Shown here in pieces: positions 6,959 to 14,325 of a DNA stretch of 39,923 bases (positions are counted from its first letter, which is position 1; the number at the start of each line of letters is the position of its first letter). Source of the stretch: a virus. Below the pieces are notes generated by a model. That model was not told where the DNA came from, ran no database searches, and saw only the letters and a list, made by a program, of their open reading frames with translations. The position numbers and the translations under genes are program-made. The stretch spans positions 1-39,923 of IMG/VR virus record IMGVR_UViG_3300015175_000005; one strand, written 5' to 3'.

Positions 6959-7756
6959 ATGAACAACGAAATCCAACGGTTCGATTTCAGGGGCGCATCA
7001 TTGCGCACCTTGGCCGATGAGGCGGGGGAGCCTTGGTTCGTCGCCAAGGACGTATGCGACATCCTCGAACTGAACAACATCACAGAAGCTCTTCGCCCTC
7101 TTGATGACGATGAGAAGACCAACTTCAGAAATTCTGAAGTTGCTCAGAGTGGTGGTCGTGCGCCTCTCATCATCTCTGAGCCAGGCCTGTACAAGCTCAT
7201 CATGCGCTCGCGGAAGCCGGAGGCCAAGGAATTCCAACGTTGGGTGACTCATGAGGTGCTTCCCCAGATTCGCAAAACCGGCGGCTACATCCCCACCACA
7301 GACGCGGATGATGACATGACCATCCTCGCGAAGGCCGTGATGATCGGCCAGCGCACCATGGAAGCGCAGAAGCAGAAGATCGCCGAACAGCAGACGCGCA
7401 TCGTGGAACTGGAGCCGAAAGCGCGGTTCGCGGACGCCGTGGCCGCGTCCGACGGCACGTGCCTGGTCGGCGAGTTGGCGAAGATGCTCCGGCAGAACGG
7501 GATGGACATCGGCCAGAACCGGCTGTTCCGTCTTCTTCAGGCTGACGGGTATCTCGGCAAGTCCGGCTCGAATCGCAACGTGCCGACACAGCGTGCGATG
7601 GACCTCGGCCTGTTCCGCATCAAGGAGACCACCGTCACCCATGCGGACGGGCACACCACGGTCAGCCGCACTCCGAAGGTCACGGGCAAGGGGCAGCGCT
7701 ATTTCATCGACCGGCACTGGGGTCGCGCTCAGCCGTCGTTGGAAGCGGGTGCGTGA
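6959..7756 (+). CDS. Phage antirepressor (BRO-N plus KilAC/ANT domains)
   Basis: TAAGGAGAA RBS. The N-terminus FDFRGASLRTLADEAGEPWFVAKDVCDILEL is a BRO-N pattern. The C-terminal half (ARFADAVAASDGTCLVGELAKML...) is KilAC-like. Confidence 0.9.
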   Translation: MNNEIQRFDFRGASLRTLADEAGEPWFVAKDVCDILELNNITEALRPLDDDEKTNFRNSEVAQSGGRAPLIISEPGLYKLIMRSRKPEAKEFQRWVTHEVLPQIRKTGGYIPTTDADDDMTILAKAVMIGQRTMEAQKQKIAEQQTRIVELEPKARFADAVAASDGTCLVGELAKMLRQNGMDIGQNRLFRLLQADGYLGKSGSNRNVPTQRAMDLGLFRIKETTVTHADGHTTVSRTPKVTGKGQRYFIDRHWGRAQPSLEAGA

Positions 7757-8076
7757 TGTCAGTCGATGACTCTTTTGTGCCGTGCCGTATCGACAAGCCG
7801 AATCCGTTTGAAGTGCTGTTCGCACTGATTTACATGGGTGTCGGAGTGTTCTGTCTGATTGCGGGTCTCCGGCGGATGGAACGCTGGGAGATTCTTTTCG
7901 GATTCGCGATGTTGATGGTTGCATCGCAGGTATCCAACAGGTTTCTCGCGCGCAAGCGACTCTACGAGGACTGCTTGGTGTTCTACAAGCCGTCGGAAGT
8001 CACCCAGGAAGTTGAAGGAAAGATGATCCGGACGCGACAAGCTGACGGGCACCCTCGGAAAGAAGCGCTGAAATGA
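7756..8076 (+). CDS. Small membrane protein, hypothetical
   Basis: ATG overlaps the antirepressor stop (TGATG). Two hydrophobic helices. The 3' 77 nt overlap the convergent 8000..8677 gene. Confidence 0.55.
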   Translation: MSVDDSFVPCRIDKPNPFEVLFALIYMGVGVFCLIAGLRRMERWEILFGFAMLMVASQVSNRFLARKRLYEDCLVFYKPSEVTQEVEGKMIRTRQADGHPRKEALK

Positions 8077-8677
8077 ATGGTTTTGCTATCTTGTTCTTCA
8101 GGTTCTCCCATACAGTGGGTTTCTCGGTCTGTGTCTCCGCCATGTACAGTACGCCAAGCAGGGCTTGCAAGGAGATTCTCAGGTCGAATTCTTTCCCGGC
8201 TATGTATTCGTCGAGGTTCCTTCTTGCCTCAGAGATGAGGTCCAGTACATACACTCGCAGCGATGTTGGCAGACTGTCGTCCTCTCGTACTGCCTTCAGC
8301 GCTTCGTCCAGGAATTCGGAGATTGTCTTGTGTGCTTCTTCGGCAATGGAGATCGGTAGCGATGGCGACTTGTCGGCGATGATTTCCAATGCCTGTGCTT
8401 CAGCCGCATCCAGAGTGATATCTCGTTGTTGGGAAGTCGAGAAACCGGCCCAGTATCCGCTTCCTGAAGAATTTGTGTACGACTCCCATAGTTTCTGCCA
8501 TATCTGTGGCATGACGCTTTTCGTCGTGCCCAATCGTCTGACATTCATTTTGATCAGATTGTCCAGGCATGTTTCGGTGTCATGCATTCGGCTGAACGAT
8601 GTGGATATGCCATCGTCGAAGCCATCGTCCCTTTCCTCGATTTTGAAGAACTGCAGCATGTACTCGGCTGGGTTCAT
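8000..8677 (-). CDS. Hypothetical 225-aa protein (leftward low-GC moron)
   Basis: ATG 8677 preceded by TAGGAGAAGAA, so the internal start is preferred over 8728. I recognise no motif. Opposite strand to the surrounding early operon. Confidence 0.7.
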   Translation of the reverse strand: MNPAEYMLQFFKIEERDDGFDDGISTSFSRMHDTETCLDNLIKMNVRRLGTTKSVMPQIWQKLWESYTNSSGSGYWAGFSTSQQRDITLDAAEAQALEIIADKSPSLPISIAEEAHKTISEFLDEALKAVREDDSLPTSLRVYVLDLISEARRNLDEYIAGKEFDLRISLQALLGVLYMAETQTEKPTVWENLKNKIAKPFISALLSEGARQLVASGSSFLQLPG

Positions 8678-8794
8678 TGATTCTTCTCCTAACTGTTCGG
8701 CCCGCACGTCGGAAATGCGGGGTGACACCGAGTTTAGGAGAGGGCCGGGCGGTTCTCCTAACGCCGCCCGGCGTCACACACGCAAAGGAGGCGC

Positions 8795-9031
8795 GTGATG
8801 GTCCCGCGATACGAGCTCGAGGATGCGAGCCGTGTGCCGTTGAAGGACAGGCTCGCATGGACGATCCCGCAGGCCGCGAGCCTGTACGGCATCGACTACG
8901 ACGGTCTGCGACAGGCCGTCAACCAGGGGAACGTGGACACGTTCCGCCCGCCAAGCAAACGAGGGACGCCCTCACGTCGCCACATCAGGCGCGAGGAGAT
9001 GGACCGGTACGTCAAATCATTGGAGGAATAG
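8795..9031 (+). CDS. Excisionase-family / MerR-like HTH DNA-binding protein
   Basis: AAGGAGG RBS. WTIPQAASLYGIDYDGLRQAVNQGNV resembles the Xis-type winged-helix pattern. Short basic C-terminus. Confidence 0.65.
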   Translation: MMVPRYELEDASRVPLKDRLAWTIPQAASLYGIDYDGLRQAVNQGNVDTFRPPSKRGTPSRRHIRREEMDRYVKSLEE

Positions 9032-9033
9032 AC

Positions 9034-9282
9034 ATGGAGAGGAAACCCAGCAGGGAAGCTGACATCGCGCGAAAACATCCGCACGAACGCCTAGCGACGC
9101 TCGTCGCGCTGGTCGTGGCGTGCGTGACCGGCACGCTGCTGTTCGGCTGGTGCGTGCCCGCGCGCAGCTGGCAGGCCGTGCTTTGCGGGGCGCTCATGCT
9201 CGTGGCGGTCACCTACCTGACGTACGTGGACACGCGCCATCATCCACCGGTCGAGGACTTCGACGACCCCGACCTGCCGTAG
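9034..9282 (+). CDS. Small membrane protein, hypothetical
   Basis: ATG 9034 after GGAGGAATAGAC. Two hydrophobic helices (LATLVALVVACVTGTLLFGW, AVLCGALMLVAVTYLTY). Confidence 0.6.
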   Translation: MERKPSREADIARKHPHERLATLVALVVACVTGTLLFGWCVPARSWQAVLCGALMLVAVTYLTYVDTRHHPPVEDFDDPDLP

Positions 9283-9290
9283 GGTCTTCC

Positions 9291-9400
9291 GCCGGCGTGC
9301 ATGGTCGCGGACGGCGGCGGGGAGGGACGCGCATCCTCTCTCCCTGTCGCATCAGCCCTCCGCCGTCCGTCCGCCGCGGGTTCGAATCCCGCCGACGGCT
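9291..9400 (+). ncRNA. tRNA-like element A (acceptor/T-arm module, non-canonical interior)
   Basis: GCGGG-TTCGAAT-CCCGC (9376-9392) followed by CGACGGC (9393-9399), which pairs 6/7 with GCCGGCG (9291-9297). No canonical D or anticodon arm can be drawn. Confidence 0.3.
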
Positions 9401-9544
9401 CTTGGCCGGACCGTCAACGCCGCCCGCATCCCCGTTCTTCGGTGCTCTTGGGAATGCGGGAACGATGGGCGCGTACTTTTCTTCGTCATGGCGTCCAGCG
9501 GTCCGGCCGCATCAACACACACAACCAGATACAAGGAGGATCCA

Positions 9545-9889
9545 ATGGATGAGATTCTGCCGCATTGGCGTTTCAGTCCGAACGCACCGGACCTGCCGCC
9601 GTTGGACAAGGGCATGACGAAACGCGACAGGATCGTCGCGGCGGCGTGCAGGGAGGCGATGGAGTCGAAGGAGTACGCGGCTTTGCTGAATCTCGAACGT
9701 CTCGGCGTGAGGTTCACGGGCCTCGTGGGCGTCTGCGTGCGGGAGGTCGCGCGGATCGTGTTGGACGCGATGCCGGACGACGCGGCGCACGAGACGGCAC
9801 GGATGCAGTTGGAGCACATGGTGAAGACCAGGGATGGCGGCGAGACCATCCGCATCGTCAAGACTCTCGCCGTGAAAGGAAGGTTCTGA
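9545..9889 (+). CDS. Hypothetical early protein
   Basis: ATG 9545 after CAAGGAGGA (internal start of the 9488 ORF). Its stop overlaps the ssb start. Confidence 0.7.
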   Translation: MDEILPHWRFSPNAPDLPPLDKGMTKRDRIVAAACREAMESKEYAALLNLERLGVRFTGLVGVCVREVARIVLDAMPDDAAHETARMQLEHMVKTRDGGETIRIVKTLAVKGRF

Positions 9890-10386
9890 TGGCCGGAGAG
9901 ACAGTCATCACCATCGTGGGCAATCTGACCGCCGACCCGGAGCTGCGCACGACGCGGAACGGCAGGAGCGTGGCCGGTTTCTCGATCGCGTCCACCCCGC
10001 GCACGTTCGACCGGCAGTCGCAGCAGTGGGTCGACGGCGACGCGTTGTTCCTGCGCTGCAGCGCGTGGGGCGATCTCGCGGAGCATTGCGCGCGCAGTCT
10101 CGTCAAGGGCATGCGCGTGATCGTCCAAGGCCGGCTGACCCAGCATTCGTGGGAGGACGAACAGCATCAGAAACGCACCGCCGTGGAACTGCAGGTGGAC
10201 GAGATCGGCCCCTCCCTGCGGTACGCGACCGCGCAGGTGACCGGGACGCGCAAGGCCTCCGCCGGCGCGTACGGGGACCCGTCGTCCACCCCGGCCGGCT
10301 ACACGGGCGGGACCGTCCAACCGCCGCCATCCGACCCGTGGAGCGCGCCACAAAACCAATCAACCGAAACGGAACCCGAATTCTAA
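9889..10386 (+). CDS. ssb: Single-stranded DNA-binding protein
   Basis: [38 protein letters not shown]... is a canonical OB-fold SSB N-terminus. Gly/Pro-rich tail ending in an acidic tip, ETEPEF. Confidence 0.93.
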   Translation: MAGETVITIVGNLTADPELRTTRNGRSVAGFSIASTPRTFDRQSQQWVDGDALFLRCSAWGDLAEHCARSLVKGMRVIVQGRLTQHSWEDEQHQKRTAVELQVDEIGPSLRYATAQVTGTRKASAGAYGDPSSTPAGYTGGTVQPPPSDPWSAPQNQSTETEPEF

Positions 10387-10395
10387 GGAGGAATC

Positions 10396-11787
10396 ATGGG
10401 CATCACCATCAAGGACCTGAACGTCGAGGACCTGCATCCGAACCCGGACAACCCACGCAAACGCATGGACGACGTGGCCGACCTGGCGGCCAGCATCCGC
10501 ACGCAGGGCATCAAACAACCGCTCCTGGTCACACCGACCGCACAACCCGACATCGACGGCCGCACGCAATACCGCGTCGTCATCGGACACCGCCGTCTCG
10601 CCGCCGCCAAACACGCCGGACTCGACACCGTCCCGGCGATCGTGGAGGAAATGGACCCACGCCGCGAACGGGAGATCATGCTCGTCGAGAACACGCAACG
10701 CTCCGACCCGACCCCCGTCGAGGAGGCCGACGGCTATCAGGGACTCCTCGACCTGGGCATGCAGGTCAAGGAGATGGCCCGGATGACGGGCCGCAGCGAC
10801 AGGTTCGTGCGCCGACGCCTGAAGATCGCCGGAATCCCACGACAGACACGCGACAGCGCCCCCGACTTCGACCAACTGACCCTCGACCAACTGGACAAAC
10901 TCACCGAATTCGAATCCGATCCGGACGCCCAACGCGAACTCGCCCGCGCCCGCGACTTCGAATGGACGTACCAGAAGCTCTCCCGCCAACGGCTGAAGAC
11001 CGAATGGAAGAACGACGCCGCACAGGCGCTCACCTCCGCCGGCGTCGACGTGCATGACATCCCCGACGGGGAGCACTACTGGAATTGGAGTCCGCATGGT
11101 TATGTGTTCGGCCGTGTGATCAACGATCTGCGCAAGCCCTTCTGGACGGAGTTCACCGAGGACGAGCGTTGGCCGCAGGAGCTCGTGTACGCCGATGATT
11201 ACGGGTTCTGCACGTACAGGCCGATTCCCGCCGACGAATTGGAGAAGGCCGAGGCCGGCAAGGAGGCGTCGAGGGCGGCGAACGCGCGTCGCCGGGAACT
11301 CGACCGGCGGGCGCGGGAATTCGAGATGGTGGCGAAGGCGAGCCGTGTCGCGTGGTTGAGGGACAACCTGCGCGTCCTCTCCGGCGAGCGTGCGCGGGAG
11401 GCGACGTACCGGCTCATGGTCGCCGAGACCGTCGGCTCCGGTTCGGAGTTCCCGAGTCTGTACTGCGGCGAGAACGTCGTCGCCACGCTCGTCTCGTTCG
11501 GCTGGAGCATGCCGGTCGCCGAGTGTGACGACGGGCATTGGACGTTGGAGTGCGGGGAGAACCTCGACGCCATACGTGACACGTTGATGGATGACCGGTC
11601 GCGGATCCTCGACGTGCTGGCGGCGCGCCGCGAATCGGACGCCGATTGGATGATGTGGCGCAACCGGTACGGGGTGGACCGGCTGACCGTCTGGTACGAC
11701 GTGCTGGAGCGTGCAGGCTATCAGGTGTCCGCCGACGAACGCAAGGCCCTCGAAGGCGAATACATCGACGAAAAGGACGAATCATGA
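10396..11787 (+). CDS. ParB-like nuclease-domain protein
   Basis: N-terminus LHPNPDNPRK ... VVIGHRRLAAAKHAGLDTVPAIV ... ENTQR is the ParB/Srx N-terminal domain pattern. Long C-terminal extension. Confidence 0.88.
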   Translation: MGITIKDLNVEDLHPNPDNPRKRMDDVADLAASIRTQGIKQPLLVTPTAQPDIDGRTQYRVVIGHRRLAAAKHAGLDTVPAIVEEMDPRREREIMLVENTQRSDPTPVEEADGYQGLLDLGMQVKEMARMTGRSDRFVRRRLKIAGIPRQTRDSAPDFDQLTLDQLDKLTEFESDPDAQRELARARDFEWTYQKLSRQRLKTEWKNDAAQALTSAGVDVHDIPDGEHYWNWSPHGYVFGRVINDLRKPFWTEFTEDERWPQELVYADDYGFCTYRPIPADELEKAEAGKEASRAANARRRELDRRAREFEMVAKASRVAWLRDNLRVLSGERAREATYRLMVAETVGSGSEFPSLYCGENVVATLVSFGWSMPVAECDDGHWTLECGENLDAIRDTLMDDRSRILDVLAARRESDADWMMWRNRYGVDRLTVWYDVLERAGYQVSADERKALEGEYIDEKDES

Positions 11788-12677
11788 GCTTGCAAGCATT
11801 GACATGGGTGATATACGAGGTGGGCGCGGATATCAAGTACTCGGATTTCCGCGTGCTGCTCATCCTCGCCGACATGGCCAACCAGCAAGGCAACGGCGCG
11901 TATCCGAGCCGCAGCACGATCGGCCGTCTGACCGGATACAGCGTTCGAACGGTGTCATACGCGCTGAAGAACCTGGAATCTGCCGGACTTATCCGCAGGG
12001 GAGACCAGCGCATCGTGTCCGGACTCGGCGGATACAAGCCGACCGTCTGGAACCTCAACATGGACAGGGATGCAAAAACTGCACCACTCGAAACCAACGA
12101 TACAGCAGTGCAAACAGACTGCACACCAGCAGTGCAACGAGGGGTGCAAAAAACAGGGGACAGGTGTGCAAACAGCAGTGCAATAGGCTTGCACAAGAAC
12201 CCATCTAAGGAAGAACCGTATATAGAACCTAGAGAGAGTAACGCGCGCGAGAGAAAACCAACCCCAATACCAGCCGACTGGAAACCCACCGAGGAACACC
12301 GGGCGCTCGCCGACCGGCTCGGCGTCGACTGCCACGCCGAAGCCGACAAATTCCGCGACCGCGCCCTCGACTCGGGAGCCCGCTCGGCAGACTGGAACGC
12401 GAAATTCCGCAACTGGCTCGTCAAAGGCAAGGAACGCGGATTCGCCACACCAAAAGATTCCAGCGCTCGCCGAAGGTTCACGTGGGGCAGCGAAGAGGTC
12501 AAACGGGTTCTCGGCCCGATAGCCTGCGAGGGCACGGACACGTACGTGGAGCTCGCGTGCAAGGTCGCCGACCTACTCAACCAGGGCCTGGACCCGGATA
12601 TGTTGCGCCGTCAGCTCGCGGACGTGTCCGACAACGCATGGGTCGAACAATTGTTCGAACAGGGGGAGGTGGCGTGA
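11784..12677 (+). CDS. Winged-helix replication-initiator-like protein
   Basis: ATG 11784 overlaps the ParB-like stop. The N-terminus LILADMANQQGNGAYPSRSTIGRLTGYSVRTVSYALKNLESAGLI is a wHTH pattern. An iteron array is embedded in the gene. Confidence 0.75.
   Translation: MSLQALTWVIYEVGADIKYSDFRVLLILADMANQQGNGAYPSRSTIGRLTGYSVRTVSYALKNLESAGLIRRGDQRIVSGLGGYKPTVWNLNMDRDAKTAPLETNDTAVQTDCTPAVQRGVQKTGDRCANSSAIGLHKNPSKEEPYIEPRESNARERKPTPIPADWKPTEEHRALADRLGVDCHAEADKFRDRALDSGARSADWNAKFRNWLVKGKERGFATPKDSSARRRFTWGSEEVKRVLGPIACEGTDTYVELACKVADLLNQGLDPDMLRRQLADVSDNAWVEQLFEQGEVA
12071..12197. repeat. Iteron array (candidate origin of replication) inside the initiator gene
   Basis: CAGCAGTGCAA x3 (12103, 12127, 12173). 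GTGCAA at 12108, 12132, 12144, 12166 and 12178 (spacings 24, 12, 22, 12). Inverted TGCAC copies at 12081, 12121 and 12191. Local low GC. Confidence 0.6.
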
Positions 12678-12868
12678 ACGGCATGGACATCGCACGTATG
12701 ACAAGCATCCTCGCGTCGGTCGTCCAAACCGTCGACCGATTGGAACTCGCAGCGCTCGACGGCGCGCGGCTCACCGCCGCCGACCTTGACCGCATCCGCG
12801 ATATCAGACGCGACTGCTCGACCTGCGTCGGCCTGCTCGACCGTCTCGACGGGAGGGAACGCGAATGA
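12674..12868 (+). CDS. Hypothetical small protein
   Basis: GTG 12674 (or ATG 12683) after GGGGAGG. Overlaps both the upstream stop and the downstream start. Confidence 0.55.
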   Translation: MNGMDIARMTSILASVVQTVDRLELAALDGARLTAADLDRIRDIRRDCSTCVGLLDRLDGRERE

Positions 12869-13239
12869 ACGCGGCGGAGAAGACCGAGTTCGAGAGATCG
12901 AAGCGTCTCGTCGCGCAACGGCAGGGCTGGCATTGCCTCCGATGCGGCGTGAACACGCATGGCGGCGCATGGCATTCCACGCATCACCGCCAGTCCCGCC
13001 GCTTCCACGACAACGGGCCGGCGAACCTGGTGCGCCTGTGCGGTTCGGGCACGACCGGCTGCCACGGGTGGGCGCACGCCCATCCGGCGGAGGCGCGGAG
13101 GCTCGGCTACATCGTCCCCGGTTGGGCGGATCCGAGGACCGTGCCGGTACGCGACTGGCGCGGCGTCTGGCTGTGGCTTGACGAGGACGGCACCGCCAGG
13201 CGTCTCACCCGAACCGAAATCACCGCATTGGGCCAGTGA
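12865..13239 (+). CDS. HNH endonuclease-family protein
   Basis: CLRCG ... HSTHHRQSR ... NLVRLCGSGTTGCHGWAH is a Cys/His HNH-type pattern. Confidence 0.75.
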   Translation: MNAAEKTEFERSKRLVAQRQGWHCLRCGVNTHGGAWHSTHHRQSRRFHDNGPANLVRLCGSGTTGCHGWAHAHPAEARRLGYIVPGWADPRTVPVRDWRGVWLWLDEDGTARRLTRTEITALGQ

Positions 13240-13254
13240 AAGGAAGAACCAACC

Positions 13255-13836
13255 ATGAAACATGCGGCATCATGCGACGGCAAGCCCGAGGCGCTGCTGT
13301 GGCTCGACTTCGAAACCACCGGAACGGACAGGGAGGACAGCCTGCCGTTGGAGGTCGGCATGGAATGCACCGACGTGCTGGGCGAACATCCGTTCGGATC
13401 CCTGCACCGCATCATCCGCCCGACCCATCTCGACCTGTTGGGCATGGACCCGATCGTGTTCTCCATGCACACGGACAACGGGCTCCTGTTCGAACTGTTG
13501 AACGGCTCCGCCAGGAACGACTGCGCGCAGTCGGTCGCCAACGCCGTCGAAGAACATCTCGACTCCCTGTCGCAACGCTTCACGCTGATCCCGGCCGGAA
13601 CGAACGTGGACTTCGACGTCGACTTCCTCAAACGACTCGGCCTGAACCCGGACAGGTGGCTGTCATATCGCAAGTTCGACCTGACCACGTTCCGCCGCTA
13701 CCTCACGTTCCTGACCTACCCGATCGACCCGTACGGCGCCGGCGGAGGCCTGCACCGCGTCCGCGACTGCATCAGGCGTGACATCGACGACTACAGACGG
13801 TACAGCGAGATCCTGCGAAAAAACATGGTGGCATGA
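13255..13836 (+). CDS. Oligoribonuclease-like DEDDh 3'-5' exonuclease
   Basis: WLDFETTG (ExoI), AGTNVDFDVDFL (ExoII) and LHRVRDCIRRDIDDYRRY (ExoIII H-x4-D), in an Orn-like arrangement. Confidence 0.85.
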   Translation: MKHAASCDGKPEALLWLDFETTGTDREDSLPLEVGMECTDVLGEHPFGSLHRIIRPTHLDLLGMDPIVFSMHTDNGLLFELLNGSARNDCAQSVANAVEEHLDSLSQRFTLIPAGTNVDFDVDFLKRLGLNPDRWLSYRKFDLTTFRRYLTFLTYPIDPYGAGGGLHRVRDCIRRDIDDYRRYSEILRKNMVA

Positions 13837-13847
13837 AAGGAAGAACC

Positions 13848-14111
13848 ATGAAACCCACAACCAGGGAAACACGACCCCGCAAATGGCGCAAACCAACGCC
13901 ATGCCCCATATGCGGCTGCACGCGCATCGGCTTCCAATGGATCGCGACCGCATACAACCCGATACTCCACACGACCCGCGCCATCTGGCGCGTCCAATGC
14001 CGACACCGCCAAGGCATCCTCATCATCACCAGACACAACGACCTCAAAGAAGCCATCCGCGCGTGGAACACGAGAGCCAACAAACACAAAAGAAAAGCAA
14101 AGGAACGGTGA
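13848..14111 (+). CDS. Lar-family restriction-alleviation-like protein
   Basis: CPICGC ... WRVQC ... LKEAIRAWNTR matches the Lar-family zinc-ribbon plus AW-N-R pattern. ATG 13848 follows AAAGGAAG. The alternative ATG 13833 overlaps the upstream stop. Confidence 0.6.
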   Translation: MKPTTRETRPRKWRKPTPCPICGCTRIGFQWIATAYNPILHTTRAIWRVQCRHRQGILIITRHNDLKEAIRAWNTRANKHKRKAKER

Positions 14112-14115
14112 ACCA

Positions 14116-14250
14116 GTGAAAACGAAGAAAATCCTCGTGGACATGATCATGAAATGGCACCAAGCCGGATACTCAACCGACGAAATCGCGCCACTGGTGC
14201 CACAAATACCGAAACCCGAAATCCAAGCCATCATCCAACACCGCGAATAA
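14116..14250 (+). CDS. Small HTH-like protein (44 aa), not in the ORF track
   Basis: GTG 14116 to TAA 14248-14250, read manually as VKTKKILVDMIMKWHQAGYSTDEIAPLVPQIPKPEIQAIIQHRE. This looks like a Hin/sigma-region-4-like HTH. Confidence 0.4.
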   Translation: MKTKKILVDMIMKWHQAGYSTDEIAPLVPQIPKPEIQAIIQHRE

Positions 14251-14325
14251 ACAAGAAACCCGACCTTCCGGCCGGGCTCCTGGCATCACCACCAGAAGAC
14301 TACCACGCCGGAGGGAATCGAACAA

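Noticed and set aside
6398-8076. The identical 77-nt length of the two convergent gene overlaps (6398-6474 and 8000-8076) as a designed feature.
   Set aside because: The two overlap sequences share no similarity and I see no mechanism, so this is probably coincidence. It is mentioned inside the findings only.
9291-9400. Elements A and B (15441-15540) as ordinary tRNA genes.
   Set aside because: I tried to draw D and anticodon arms at canonical distances from the T-arm and none pair. Lengths of 110 and 100 nt exceed class II tRNAs. I kept them only as tRNA-like elements.
9352-11538. Long minus-strand ORFs (9352..10359, 10360..11538). Similar ones lie at 16489..17844, 18174..19139, 21488..22621, 27014..28684, 28659..30056, 30564..32090 and 36002..37132.
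   Set aside because: These are Arg/Gly/Pro/Ala-rich translations lacking RBSs, fully antisense to well-supported phage genes. Such shadow ORFs are typical in high-GC DNA.
12071-12197. CRISPR-like array.
   Set aside because: The repeats are only 6-11 nt long with irregular short spacings and lie inside a coding region, which fits iterons. No CRISPR repeat-spacer structure was seen anywhere else.
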